In this document: positions 1-9,224 of the stretch, piece by piece
Position numbering within the stretch: position 1 is the stretch's first letter
Layout: the number at the start of each line of letters is the position of its first letter
Source: a virus
Strand: one strand, 5' to 3'
Length of the DNA stretch: 64,000 nt
Virus record (IMG/VR): IMGVR_UViG_3300046535_000406
Span: 1 to 64,000 of that record
Made by a program: the position numbers and the translations under genes
The notes under the pieces: generated by a model
Databases searched by the model: none
The model's input: only the letters and a program-made list of their open reading frames with translations
Told to the model about the DNA's origin: nothing

Positions 1-150
1 AACGTCGAAGGCCCAGAAGTAGTCGAGCTTCCGGAAGCGGACCTTGTCCATGGCCTCAGCCCTCTCGATCAGGTTGACAACGTCGGTGTTGGTGAAGCCG
101 CCGTCGGGGAGCGGCAGGTCGTAGGGCGGTGCGTCGCGGTAGGTGCACAT
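1..150 (-). CDS. hypothetical protein, partial (runs off window start)
   Basis: ATG at 150 overlaps the upstream stop (TGATG); frame MCTYRDAPPYDLPLPDGGFTNTDVVNLIER... is open to the window edge. Confidence 0.55.
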   Translation of the reverse strand, partial: MCTYRDAPPYDLPLPDGGFTNTDVVNLIERAEAMDKVRFRKLDYFWAFDV

Positions 151-365
151 CAGCGGTGCCGCCTCAGTGCCGCCTTCCACTCGCGGATGGCCTCGCGCTT
201 GGCGATGGCCCGTGTCCCGCAGGTGCCGGTGAGCACCCAGCCGCGCCCGGTGAAGCGCATGACGCCCCAGCGGTCCGGCCCTTCGATCATCTGCGTGCGC
301 TGGACCTCGTAGTCGCCCGCCCCAACGCTCTCGCGGGGGTAGCGCGTGATGGTCGTGGTGGTCAC
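150..365 (-). CDS. small hypothetical protein (71 aa)
   Basis: GTG start with GGAGG RBS, overlapping the upstream stop (GTGA). Confidence 0.65.
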   Translation of the reverse strand: MTTTTITRYPRESVGAGDYEVQRTQMIEGPDRWGVMRFTGRGWVLTGTCGTRAIAKREAIREWKAALRRHR

Positions 366-601
366 TTGGGGCCTCCGTTCACGGCCACGAGGTGGGCCTT
401 GGCTGACGCGAGGGTGGAGTGGAAGGTGACCGCCGCGTCCGGCTTGGCCGGTCGGGTCCAGTCGTTGGCGAGGTAGGGGAGCATCCCGTGGGCGATGGCC
501 GTCGCGGGGAGCTTCACCACACGTCCGCCGAAGCGGTAGGTGTGGACGGGGCGACCGTAGTCGTCGCGACCCTTGGTCCAGTTGTCAGGCGAGTCAGGCA
601 T
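362..601 (-). CDS. small hypothetical protein (79 aa)
   Basis: ATG at 601 with GGAGG RBS, just downstream of the predicted promoter at 651-679. Confidence 0.65.
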   Translation of the reverse strand: MPDSPDNWTKGRDDYGRPVHTYRFGGRVVKLPATAIAHGMLPYLANDWTRPAKPDAAVTFHSTLASAKAHLVAVNGGPK

Positions 602-650
602 CTTGGCCTCCGTTCGGGGAGCCTCTTGGAGTGGGCTCCCTGACAAGTCC

Positions 651-679
651 ATGGTACTCCGGGCTTGTCAGGAAGTCAA
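651..679 (-). promoter_or_regulatory. sigma70-like promoter TTGACT-17-TACCAT with overlapping inverted repeat
   Basis: 17-nt spacer; CCTGACAAG (639-647) and CTTGTCAGG (664-672) flank the -10 box. Confidence 0.7.
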
Positions 680-683
680 CAGG

Positions 684-1265
684 TTAGAGCGCGTCCCAGC
701 AGACGGGACCGACGCCCCGGGCGCGACTCACGTCATCCGTGAGGTCCCGGTGGCAGCGAGCGCAGACACCAAGCTCGTCCGCGAAGGTCTTCATCGCGGC
801 CTTGGGGTCGGCCATGACGGTGGCGAGAAGGTCGGCAGCGCCGCCCTTGTAGTCGGAGCCCGGGCGAGCCGAGCCGAGCCGGTCGGCAGGACCCTGCCCA
901 CCGAGGTAGCGCCGGACGAACGTCCAGCCGTCCCACTTGCCCTTGTCCGGGCGATCGACGGAGAAGAAGACGAGCTTGCCCTTGTCGTCAGGAGCGGCGA
1001 AGTAGGACCGGCCCTTCGAGAGAGCGTCGAAGCTGATCCCGGTGGAGGGGGTGGAGTCGATGACCTTCGCGTTGCCGTGGGTCTTGACCCAGAGGTCGTA
1101 GTCGGCCATCTGGGAGTCGTCCCGGTCCGCGTCGCAATCGACGTGGCCGAAGCCGCTGGGACCCTTGGCGATCGTCTGGCCGACGAGGATCGGGAGCTTG
1201 CACGCCGGGCAGCGGCCCGGGTACTTGGCAAGTATTCCGGCTGACTTGGTGAGTGTGGCGGTCAT
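684..1265 (-). CDS. zinc-finger protein with C-terminal DUF6011-like domain
   Basis: N-terminal CPAC...HVDC; C-terminal CARCHRDLTDDVSRARGVGPVC; ATG at 1265 preferred over the ORF-track start. Confidence 0.7.
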   Translation of the reverse strand: MTATLTKSAGILAKYPGRCPACKLPILVGQTIAKGPSGFGHVDCDADRDDSQMADYDLWVKTHGNAKVIDSTPSTGISFDALSKGRSYFAAPDDKGKLVFFSVDRPDKGKWDGWTFVRRYLGGQGPADRLGSARPGSDYKGGAADLLATVMADPKAAMKTFADELGVCARCHRDLTDDVSRARGVGPVCWDAL

Positions 1266-1300
1266 TGGAGGACCTTCCGTGCGGATCAACTGACAACGTC

Positions 1301-1329
1301 AGTATGCTCCTTCCCGCACAGGAGGTCAA
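1301..1329 (-). promoter_or_regulatory. sigma70-like promoter TTGACC-17-CATACT
   Basis: 17-nt spacer; palindrome ACTGAC-AAC-GTCAGT (1289-1303) overlaps the -10/+1 region. Confidence 0.7.
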
Positions 1330-1353
1330 TAGGTAGCGCGCAGGATGACGTGA

Positions 1354-1396
1354 AACGAGGCCCGAGCGCGTCCGAGGGGACGGCAAGGGCCTCGTT
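1354..1396 (-). terminator. probable intrinsic terminator ending the virion/lysis operon
   Basis: 10-bp inverted repeat AACGAGGCCC/GGGCCTCGTT just after the holin stop; weak T tract. Confidence 0.55.
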
Positions 1397-1415
1397 GCCT
1401 ACGGGGTGTGCGGCG

Positions 1416-1793
1416 TCAGTCCGTGGGGACTGGGTTGCCCTTCACGGAGGCAGTCAGGGCGGCGATCTTGTCCCGGACGGAGGCGGGTGCCCAGTCGGTC
1501 AGGATCGAGCCGATCGTCTCGGCAGTGTAGGCGGCTGCGGCTGCGAGCCCGGCCATGGTGAGCAAGTCAACCTTGCCGATGTAGCCGAAGATCAGGAAGC
1601 CCCAGATCGGGAACACGCGGCCCATGACGTGCTTGCGCAGGAAGGCTGCGAACACGGCCAGCGTGAACGTGCCGTCGGTCAGGGACTTCAGCGTCCCGAA
1701 GAACACGTCGGCCAGCATCACGATCAGGGCGTACCACGCCGCGTTGCCAGCGTCGGACGTGAAGAACGTGTGGATCGCGGTGTGTATGTCCAT
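1416..1793 (-). CDS. putative holin (125 aa)
   Basis: About three hydrophobic segments; last gene of the cassette after the endolysin. Confidence 0.7.
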   Translation of the reverse strand: MDIHTAIHTFFTSDAGNAAWYALIVMLADVFFGTLKSLTDGTFTLAVFAAFLRKHVMGRVFPIWGFLIFGYIGKVDLLTMAGLAAAAAYTAETIGSILTDWAPASVRDKIAALTASVKGNPVPTD

Positions 1794-1969
1794 CAGCCTT
1801 GTCCTCCAAGCTCGGGCTCGAAGACGCTCACGTCATCGTTGACGGGTGGCGTCGGATCGGGATCGGTGTCCGGAGCGTCGTCGTCCGGAGCGGTGTCGAT
1901 GTCGGGATCGAGGGTGGGCACGAAGCGTTCCTCCGGGTCGTATCTGCTGGGTGGGGTTACGTCGGTCAT
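1793..1969 (-). CDS. acidic Asp/Pro-rich peptide (58 aa) in lysis cassette
   Basis: ATGA overlap upstream and TGATG overlap downstream. Confidence 0.55.
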   Translation of the reverse strand: MTDVTPPSRYDPEERFVPTLDPDIDTAPDDDAPDTDPDPTPPVNDDVSVFEPELGGQG

Positions 1970-2106
1970 GCGAGCCGGAGCAGGATCAGCCCAAGACTGA
2001 CGGCCCCGGCGGCCCACGCATCGGGGTCCTGCAACCTCGTGCGGGCCAGCTGGATGATCGAGATGACGAGCCCGGCGATGAACAGGGCGAGAGCGAGGTT
2101 CTGCAT
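1966..2106 (-). CDS. small 2-TM membrane protein (46 aa), holin/antiholin-like
   Basis: ATG at 2106 with AGGAGG RBS; MQNLALALFIAGLVISIIQL...AAGAVSLGLILLRLA. Confidence 0.65.
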   Translation of the reverse strand: MQNLALALFIAGLVISIIQLARTRLQDPDAWAAGAVSLGLILLRLA

Positions 2107-2116
2107 CGGATGCCTC

Positions 2117-3034
2117 CTACGCGAAGCGGCTGCTGTGGACCCAGTGGTCGCCGCCCATATTGCCGTACCAGACACGTGATCCGGCGATCAGGGTGCCCTG
2201 CGAGGTCTTCTGGAACACCTCGAAGCGATCGCCCTTGGCGAGATACCGGACCCGGTTCGCCGCCGGGTTGGCCTTGGAGCGGTAGGGACTCCATCGCTTC
2301 CAGCCCGGGCGACGTGCGACCAGCGATCGTCGGAACGCCACTCCGCCGTACTGAAGGGTGAGCTTGGGCTTGGTGGGGACGGTCACCTCGTAGCGGGCGT
2401 CAAGCGTGATCGCCCCGTAGAGCTTCCCCCCGATCAGGCTGCTCGCCACGATCTTCTGGACCAGCGACTCGGGGTAGACGACCGGACCCTTGGCGACCGT
2501 CGGGCGGCGGCCATCGCAGAGCGGGTCGAAGACGATCAGACCACGCTGATTGGGAGGCGCGGTCAACGTCTTGCCATGGATGACGCAGGTCGTCCCGGCG
2601 AGCAGCCAGCGGTGCCACGTCTCGGCGTGCCAGCCGGTGAAGCCGTGCTCCTGCCCGGTGATCAGGTCCGCCTGCTTGACGCCTGCCGCGATCTGTTTCA
2701 GGCCGTAGTCGTGGACCTCCTTGTAGAGGATCGCCGCGAGGAAGCCCTTGCCTTCCTGCAAGGCGTGGTCGATGCGGTCGAAGCCCCAGTAGCCGGTGGA
2801 CAGGTCGTCCACGCCCGTCTTCGAGGCGATGGCGTCATCAACCTGCTGGACCGTGGTGCCACCGGAAGTGTCGTGGGTGGCCGCACGGACCGCCTCGATG
2901 GTCAGGATCGTCTTGCCGAAGGTGTTCCGATCGGTCGAGACGACGCCTGCCCCGCAGGTGCAGGAGAGTCCACCGAGGGCGAAGCCGGGGATCAGCTGGT
3001 CGCACTGGGCCGGGTCATACCAAACGAGCGCCAT
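2117..3034 (-). CDS. putative endolysin: C39/papain-like Cys peptidase plus basic SH3-like cell-wall-binding domain
   Basis: ATG at 3034 with GGGAGG RBS; SCTCGAG...GWHA...FDPLC Cys/His/Asp pattern; C-terminal GDRFEV...VWYG...HWVHSSRF; upstream of holin-like genes. Confidence 0.65.
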   Translation of the reverse strand: MALVWYDPAQCDQLIPGFALGGLSCTCGAGVVSTDRNTFGKTILTIEAVRAATHDTSGGTTVQQVDDAIASKTGVDDLSTGYWGFDRIDHALQEGKGFLAAILYKEVHDYGLKQIAAGVKQADLITGQEHGFTGWHAETWHRWLLAGTTCVIHGKTLTAPPNQRGLIVFDPLCDGRRPTVAKGPVVYPESLVQKIVASSLIGGKLYGAITLDARYEVTVPTKPKLTLQYGGVAFRRSLVARRPGWKRWSPYRSKANPAANRVRYLAKGDRFEVFQKTSQGTLIAGSRVWYGNMGGDHWVHSSRFA

Positions 3035-3035
3035 G

Positions 3036-3431
3036 TCAGCCTCCCGGCTTCTTGACTCGGGTGATTGGGGTGGGCTCGACCACGGGTGGCATCGCCTCGT
3101 CCAGCGCCGCGCTCTGGGCCTCCATGGATGCCGTGGCCTTCGCGATGTCGGCATTCACCTTGGCGAGCCGCTTGTCGGCTGCCCGGCGGACCGCACGAGG
3201 GGCTGACCCGACAGGTGCGCCGTTCGGGAGTTGCTTGGTGTCGAGCGACTTCGCGAGCATCTGGTTCGCTGCGCGAAGCTGGGCGTTCTCCTGCGTCAAC
3301 GCAACAACGCGCCGGTTGGCAGCGTTCAGCTGGATCGTGGTCATCCCGTACTCAGCGAGGATCGTGTCCATGCTGATCTGTTCGGGCGGGACCTGAGATG
3401 CCTCCGGCGCGTCGGGAGCGGGCTGGGCCAA
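3036..3431 (-). CDS. coiled-coil protein (possible fibre chaperone or lysis accessory)
   Basis: TTG start with AGGAGG RBS; heptad-rich; directly follows the fibre gene. Confidence 0.55.
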   Translation of the reverse strand: MAQPAPDAPEASQVPPEQISMDTILAEYGMTTIQLNAANRRVVALTQENAQLRAANQMLAKSLDTKQLPNGAPVGSAPRAVRRAADKRLAKVNADIAKATASMEAQSAALDEAMPPVVEPTPITRVKKPGG

Positions 3432-3469
3432 GTGCGATACCTCCTGCTGGGTTACAGGAAGTATCGCAC
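3432..3469 (-). promoter_or_regulatory. 15-bp hairpin occluding the RBS of gene 3036-3431
   Basis: GTGCGATACTTCCTG-8 nt-CAGGAGGTATCGCAC; AGGAGG lies in the 3' arm. Confidence 0.6.
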
Positions 3470-3491
3470 CTCAGAGGGGTATTGCGAAGCG

Positions 3492-6400
3492 TTACGCGGA
3501 GCCCTTCATCGAGCCGTAGTTCACCATGGCCGTGCGTATCGCCGCGACGAGCGTGTAGAGCGCCGTGACATCGGCGGTGAGGTTGTTCGCCATCGCTGCG
3601 AGGTCCGCGAAGTTGTTGCGGATCGCCGCCACGTCAGTCGCGTACACGGACCCAGACGTGAGCGCCTGCAACGTCGCGTTGGCGGTGCCCGTCGTGTTAT
3701 CCGTGAGTGTGGCGCTCGACTGTGCCGCGAGTGCCGCTTGGTTCGCGCTGGCAGGCTGGATGATCGGCGTCTTGTTCCAGAGCGCCATCTTGTCGGTCGT
3801 GGCGGCCCCGAACTTGGTCCCGGTCGTGCCGCCGAAGGTGAAGACGGAGCCCTCGGCGAAGGTGAACAGGTTGTTGCGGTCGATGGAGAACGCCTCGCTC
3901 ATCACGTTGTTCAGGGCGGTCTGGAACGAGAGGAGGCCATCGACGCGGACGTTGTTCGTGATGGTGCCGTTGGGGTCCGCCTTCAGCGCGATCTGCGCGG
4001 CGTTCTTGTACGCGGTGCCGTCGAAGCCGAAGCCACGCACGATCCCGAGCGAGTCGCCCAACGACACGACCGTGTCGATGCCGAGCGTCGCGTTGTGGCT
4101 CCGGCGCATGTCCACCAGCGCGCCAGCAGCGGCCCCGGTCGCATAGCGCGTGCCTTGGAACGCGGCGTTCGTGCTGTCGCCGGTCACCACGACAGGCGCC
4201 CCGGTCACGGTCACGGTGCTCTGGAAGGTGGCTCCCTGCCCGGTGAAGGCACCGCCAATCGTGAGCGCGCCGACCATGATCACCAAGCCGTTGCGGTCGA
4301 TGATCATCTGCTCGGTCAGCGTCCCGGCAAGGGCGGTCCGGAACGACAGGTAGCCGTCCACGCGCCCTGAGCCGACCGTGCCTGACGGGTCCACCATGCC
4401 GTAGATGGCGGATGCAGGCTGGAACGCCGCCGCCGTGTCCATGCCTTGGAACGTCAGGTTGCCGAGCAGATCGGAGGTCGTGACGGCTGTCGTCGCGCCA
4501 ATCGTGCCGTTGTGGACCTTGCGCAAGATGATGGGGGCGCTCGCGGTGGGCGTGGCCGAATACATCGAGGCGAGGAACATGTTGCCGGTCGTGCGGGTGA
4601 CGCTGTAGGCCATACCCGTCGAAAGCAGCGTCGTGTTGGTCGGATCGACGCTGAGTCCTGCCGACGGCGAGGCCGCACCGACGAGTAGCACGCCGCTCGG
4701 AATGTTGACTAGGCCGTTCCGGTCGATGGTCAGTTGGTCGGTCAGGACGTTGTTCAGGAAGGTGCGCAACGCCACCAAGCCGTCCACGCGACCCGAGGCA
4801 ACGGTCCCATTCGGGTCTGCGTAGACCACGAAGCTGCCTGCGTTGCGGTACGTGCCGCTGTTCGAGTCCATGCCCTGACCCGAGATGTTGGCGAGCGTGT
4901 CGCCTGCGACCACCGCCGTGTCGGTGCCCACCGAGGCGCCTCGGCTCTTGCGTATCAGGATCGCGTTGGCGGTGGCGTTGTTGGCGTAGTAGGTGTCGAT
5001 GAGGTCCGACGATGACGTGCTCGCCACGGTCATCAGGGTGGTCGTCATCGCGGCGGGGGTGGTGCCACCGATGACCGTGTTGTCGATGGTCGCGCCGGTG
5101 ATCGTGCCGCCGGTGATGGCGACGGCGTTCGCGTTCTGCGACGACAGCGTTCCGCTGATCTTGAAGCCTGCCTGCCAGAGCATCGAGCCGCTGGGGGCGG
5201 CAGGCTGGTAGTAGAGGTCGCTCGTGCCGCCGTTGGTGACCGTGTAAAGAGCACCGAGCGGACCGACGCTCGCGAAGGTGCCAGACGAGACGCCGACCGT
5301 GAACGCCCTTGGGACCAGCCCGACCACGCCCGATCCGGGGGTGCCCGCCGCCGAGTCGTAGGTCGTGATCCAGAAGCCGTCCGTCCGCAGGATTGCCGAG
5401 GCATCCGTCGTGGCGTTGGCCTGCCATGTGTAGGTGGAACTAGAGTCAATCTGCGGGAGCAGGTGCAACCCGCCGTACTCGTGCAGCATCATGCTCGGCT
5501 TGCCGCCGAACCCGCCGCCAGCGCCGATCATCGTTTGCGCTTCGATGGGCACGAGAGTCAGCCCCCAGACATCCCACGTCAGCGTCGCCGTCGTCGCCGC
5601 CGAGTTGCGCTGAAGGCCGAGCGTGATCTTGAGATAGGCAGCGTCACTCGGCATCGTGCCGCCGTTCATCAGGACGCTGTGGGTGCTCTGATAGACGTTC
5701 GGCGCGATGCTCAGGGTGGTCGCACTGCCCGTCGTGGTCGTGCCGTCGGCCTTGTAATACTGGCCGGTGACGTAGAACCGTGGCCCCGTAAGGGCGCTGG
5801 CGGAACTGCCCCAGACGTGTATCCCCAGCCCGTTCGCGACGCCATCCTGCCCCGCAGCCACGGGCACCAACTGCGATACGGACTCGTCGTCGGCGGCGTT
5901 GCCCGGTCCGTTCAGCAGGTTGAACCGGATGACGGCGCCAGCGCCGAGCCCACCGCTGCTGATCCACTTGGTGGAGATGCCTGCGCTGGACCCGCCGTTC
6001 CTCGTCCACGGCCAGTTGGGTGTCGTCTTGCTGGCCGTGCCATCCATGACCACGTTGGTGCCCGCGCTCGGGCCGGACTCGAAGCCCGCGTTGTAGATCG
6101 CTCGCTGGATGAAGCCGATCCAGCTTCCGCCGAAGCCAGCCCCGGTGAGCACCGCCGAGCCACCCTGATCGGTGATCGTGATGCCCGTCGAGTTGATCGT
6201 GACGCCGTAGGTCGGAGTCCCGGGGCGGCTGTTGTCCACCGCTCCGGCGGTCGCCGAGACGTTCAGTTGGGTCGTCGCGATCGCGCCGTCTACGAGGATC
6301 GAGCCCGTCAGGGTGCGCCGGGCGTACACGTCATCGAACAGGACGTTGGTGCCGTCGAGAGCGACCACCTCGACTTCGATCTGAACGTAGTGCGTGTTCG

Positions 6401-9224
6401 TCGGCGTGGTGAAGTTGGCGCCCGTGTCGCCGACCGTGATCACGGCGTAGCTCGTGGTCATCTGGGTCGTGGCCCCCGACTGGCGGCTGATCAGCCCCCC
6501 GGCGGCGTCGTACGAGGCGACATCGACTCGTGCAGTCGTGCCCGCGTTGGTGCCGCCGGTGCGCCGGGCATAGACCTGCGCATAGATGCCGCCGCCTGCG
6601 CCCATGTAGACCTTGTTGGACGAGCTTCGCCCAGTCGCAGCAGCCGTGAGCACGTAGGTGCCCGAGCGCGGGTTCGTGGTGCCGATCGTGTGGCTGCCAG
6701 CGAGTGTCCAGTCCGAGGCGACGCCTGTCTCGAAGCCCGGGTTGACGACGAGGTTGTCGAACGATCCGACGGTGAGCTTGTCCACGGTGATCGAGTTGGC
6801 GGCGATCAGCGTGCTGGTGATCGTCCCGGCCACGATGCTGGCTGCCGTGATGGAGGCGACGTTGATAGTCGAGCCGTCGATCCACGAACGCCCATACGTG
6901 GCATCGAGCCCGATCCCGCCCGTGTACCAAGCGAGCACGGTGTTCCCGGCGGCGAACGCTGTCGCTGCACTCGTGCTGGTTTGCAGGACCGTGAGCGAAG
7001 TCGCGGGCGCGAAGTAGATGTAGATCGAGCCAGAGGACCATGTCGAGGTGTTGCCAGACGAGATTGACGCAGTCGCGGGCGTGCCGGTGGAGTCGATGTA
7101 CCCGATCGTCCCGGCAGACCAAGAGGCTTGGTTCGCAATGGGGCTGTTCGGCTTGAACACGAGTCCGGTGACGGTCAGGCCGATCGGGCCGATGCTCAGC
7201 TTGGCTGCCGAGAGAGTGTTGGCGGCAATCTGACCGCCAGTGATGGTGAGCGCAGCGATGTTGGCCGCCGTGACGCTCAGGGCGTTGATGGACGAGCCGT
7301 CGATCCATGTCCTGCCGTACGTCGCATCGAGGCCGATGCCCCCGGTGTACCACGCAAGGACCGTGTTCCCGGCTGCGAAGGCGGTGGCCGCCGTGGTCGT
7401 CGTCTGAAGCACCGTGGTGCTCGTGCCGGGGGCGAAGTAGATGTAGATGCTCCCGGAGGTCCACGTGGAGGTGGACCCGGACGAGATGGACGCGGTGACT
7501 GGCGTGTTCGTGGAGTCGATGTAGCCGATCGTCCCCGCCGTCCACGACACGCGGTTCACGCCGGGATCGTTGGGCTTGAACAGCAGCCCAGTGACGGTCA
7601 GCCCGATCGGCCCGATGGCGAGCTTGTCGGCGGTGATGACGTTCGCAGCGATCTTGACGGCGGTGATGCTGTTGGCCGCCAGCTGCGCCGTGTTCACCGA
7701 GGCGACGTTCAGGATCGACCCGTCGAGCCACGCTCGTCCGAAGGTCGCGTCGAGCGCAACCCCGCCGTTGTACCAAGCCAGCACGGTGTGGCCCGCAGCG
7801 AACGCCGTTGCGGCACTGGTCGTCGTCTGAAGGACGGTCAGGGAGGTGGTCGGAGAGAAGTAGATGTAGATCGAGCCGCTGGTCCACGTGGCCGTGTTGC
7901 CCGCCGAGATTGACGCAGTTGCAGGAGCCCCCGTGCTGTCGAGGTAGCCGATCGTCCCGGCGCTCCACGACGCTTGGTTGGCGATCGGGTTGTTGCCTTG
8001 GAAGATCAGCCCGCTCACGGTCAGGCCGATGGGGCCGATCGAGAGCTTGTCGGCAGTGATCGTGTTGGCGGCGATGAACGCCGCCGTGATCGTGCCCACC
8101 ACGAGGCGGTCGCCGGTGATCGTGCCCGCCGTGATGTCCGGCCCATCCACGGCCTTGGTCCACAGGTCGGCGACGTTCCGGTAGAGCTTCCCGTCCGTTT
8201 GGAGGAAGACGACCTTGCCCGGTGGGTAGGCGACGCTGGGCAGGATCGGCAGGGCGGCCACTGGCTCGATGCCATCGGCGAGCGCGCTCAGGTCAAACGA
8301 GCCGACCTGTGCGATCCACTGGGTGCCGTCCGAGACGTACAGGTGGTGGTCGGTCTTCAGGAGCACCGTCTGGTGAATGTAGGCAGCCGGGTCCGGCAGC
8401 ACATCCACCTGCTGGATCGGGCCGTAGCCGTCGGCGAAGGCGGTGATCGGGATGGTGCCGTCGGCGAGATTGGCGCCGTCCAGCACTTCCGAGGCCGTCG
8501 GGGCGTACTCGGCATCCTGATCGCCGGGGCCGAGGAAGGCGGCGTCAACCTCCCACGTGAACCGGGGCGCGTTGGCAGCTGCGAAGGCCACGCGCACGGA
8601 GGCCGTGTCGTTGTGCCACGGCACGTCGCCCGCCAGCGTGGGGCGCGGCACGAACCGCTTGGAGAAGCGCGCCCATGTGGTCAGGCCGGAGGTCATCTTG
8701 CCGACGATCGTGGTCCGCAGCAGGTTGCCGTCGGCGTCGTACTCGCGCAGCGCCATGCGCCCGATGCCGGAGGTGAAGGACGGCATCCGGCCCCGGAAGC
8801 TGGCCCAATAGTTGCGAGTGGTGTCAACGGGGATCGGCGCCGTGGTCGCCAACTCCGAGGCCCGCCCGGTGACCACGAGGCGAGCCACGGCTGCGCCGTG
8901 GAAGGCGGTCGCGGAGGCGTAGGGGATGGTCCACCCGGGACCCAGCGTCCAGCCACGGGCCGCCTCGAAGCTCGAATGCTGGATCAGGTTGCCGTGCGCG
9001 ACGGTAGGCGGCTGGGTGTCCTCGGTGAGGCTGTCGAGGATGCCGTCGGAGTAGGTCAGGTCAGGGCGCTTCTCCTGACCGATCGTCTCGCCGTCCTGCG
9101 GCGTCCAGTCGAACAGCGGGTCGCTGTCCCATGGCTGTAGCGGGTCAGCCGGGCCGAAGTCCGGGGTCAGCGTCCCAGCGGGGTCCCACGTGATGGAGAG
9201 GGAGCCGCCGCCGATGCCGCTCAT
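3492..9224 (-). CDS. long tail fibre / receptor-binding protein (1910 aa)
   Basis: Gly/Thr/Ala-rich; ITADKL-type fibre repeats; CBM-like NxxFE modules (HSSFE, NPGFE, NAGFE); C-terminal helical tail. Confidence 0.8.
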   Translation of the reverse strand: MSGIGGGSLSITWDPAGTLTPDFGPADPLQPWDSDPLFDWTPQDGETIGQEKRPDLTYSDGILDSLTEDTQPPTVAHGNLIQHSSFEAARGWTLGPGWTIPYASATAFHGAAVARLVVTGRASELATTAPIPVDTTRNYWASFRGRMPSFTSGIGRMALREYDADGNLLRTTIVGKMTSGLTTWARFSKRFVPRPTLAGDVPWHNDTASVRVAFAAANAPRFTWEVDAAFLGPGDQDAEYAPTASEVLDGANLADGTIPITAFADGYGPIQQVDVLPDPAAYIHQTVLLKTDHHLYVSDGTQWIAQVGSFDLSALADGIEPVAALPILPSVAYPPGKVVFLQTDGKLYRNVADLWTKAVDGPDITAGTITGDRLVVGTITAAFIAANTITADKLSIGPIGLTVSGLIFQGNNPIANQASWSAGTIGYLDSTGAPATASISAGNTATWTSGSIYIYFSPTTSLTVLQTTTSAATAFAAGHTVLAWYNGGVALDATFGRAWLDGSILNVASVNTAQLAANSITAVKIAANVITADKLAIGPIGLTVTGLLFKPNDPGVNRVSWTAGTIGYIDSTNTPVTASISSGSTSTWTSGSIYIYFAPGTSTTVLQTTTTAATAFAAGNTVLAWYTGGIGLDATYGRTWIDGSSINALSVTAANIAALTITGGQIAANTLSAAKLSIGPIGLTVTGLVFKPNSPIANQASWSAGTIGYIDSTGTPATASISSGNTSTWSSGSIYIYFAPATSLTVLQTSTSAATAFAAGNTVLAWYTGGIGLDATYGRSWIDGSTINVASITAASIVAGTITSTLIAANSITVDKLTVGSFDNLVVNPGFETGVASDWTLAGSHTIGTTNPRSGTYVLTAAATGRSSSNKVYMGAGGGIYAQVYARRTGGTNAGTTARVDVASYDAAGGLISRQSGATTQMTTSYAVITVGDTGANFTTPTNTHYVQIEVEVVALDGTNVLFDDVYARRTLTGSILVDGAIATTQLNVSATAGAVDNSRPGTPTYGVTINSTGITITDQGGSAVLTGAGFGGSWIGFIQRAIYNAGFESGPSAGTNVVMDGTASKTTPNWPWTRNGGSSAGISTKWISSGGLGAGAVIRFNLLNGPGNAADDESVSQLVPVAAGQDGVANGLGIHVWGSSASALTGPRFYVTGQYYKADGTTTTGSATTLSIAPNVYQSTHSVLMNGGTMPSDAAYLKITLGLQRNSAATTATLTWDVWGLTLVPIEAQTMIGAGGGFGGKPSMMLHEYGGLHLLPQIDSSSTYTWQANATTDASAILRTDGFWITTYDSAAGTPGSGVVGLVPRAFTVGVSSGTFASVGPLGALYTVTNGGTSDLYYQPAAPSGSMLWQAGFKISGTLSSQNANAVAITGGTITGATIDNTVIGGTTPAAMTTTLMTVASTSSSDLIDTYYANNATANAILIRKSRGASVGTDTAVVAGDTLANISGQGMDSNSGTYRNAGSFVVYADPNGTVASGRVDGLVALRTFLNNVLTDQLTIDRNGLVNIPSGVLLVGAASPSAGLSVDPTNTTLLSTGMAYSVTRTTGNMFLASMYSATPTASAPIILRKVHNGTIGATTAVTTSDLLGNLTFQGMDTAAAFQPASAIYGMVDPSGTVGSGRVDGYLSFRTALAGTLTEQMIIDRNGLVIMVGALTIGGAFTGQGATFQSTVTVTGAPVVVTGDSTNAAFQGTRYATGAAAGALVDMRRSHNATLGIDTVVSLGDSLGIVRGFGFDGTAYKNAAQIALKADPNGTITNNVRVDGLLSFQTALNNVMSEAFSIDRNNLFTFAEGSVFTFGGTTGTKFGAATTDKMALWNKTPIIQPASANQAALAAQSSATLTDNTTGTANATLQALTSGSVYATDVAAIRNNFADLAAMANNLTADVTALYTLVAAIRTAMVNYGSMKGSA
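3870..4990 (-). repeat. three tandem ~135-aa repeats in the fibre C-terminal region
   Basis: R(K/R)...G.D...DP.GT....RVDG...T.....IDRN repeated three times. Confidence 0.85.
6795..8060 (-). repeat. three tandem ~140-aa repeats in the fibre
   Basis: KLxIGPIGLTVxGL...SWxAGTIGYxDST...SGSIYIYF...VLAWY at ~420-nt spacing. Confidence 0.9.

Noticed and set aside
6795-8060. Fibre repeats as a diversity-generating retroelement template/variable pair
   Set aside because: Repeats are tandem and in frame, differences are not adenine-specific, and no reverse transcriptase is present in the window.
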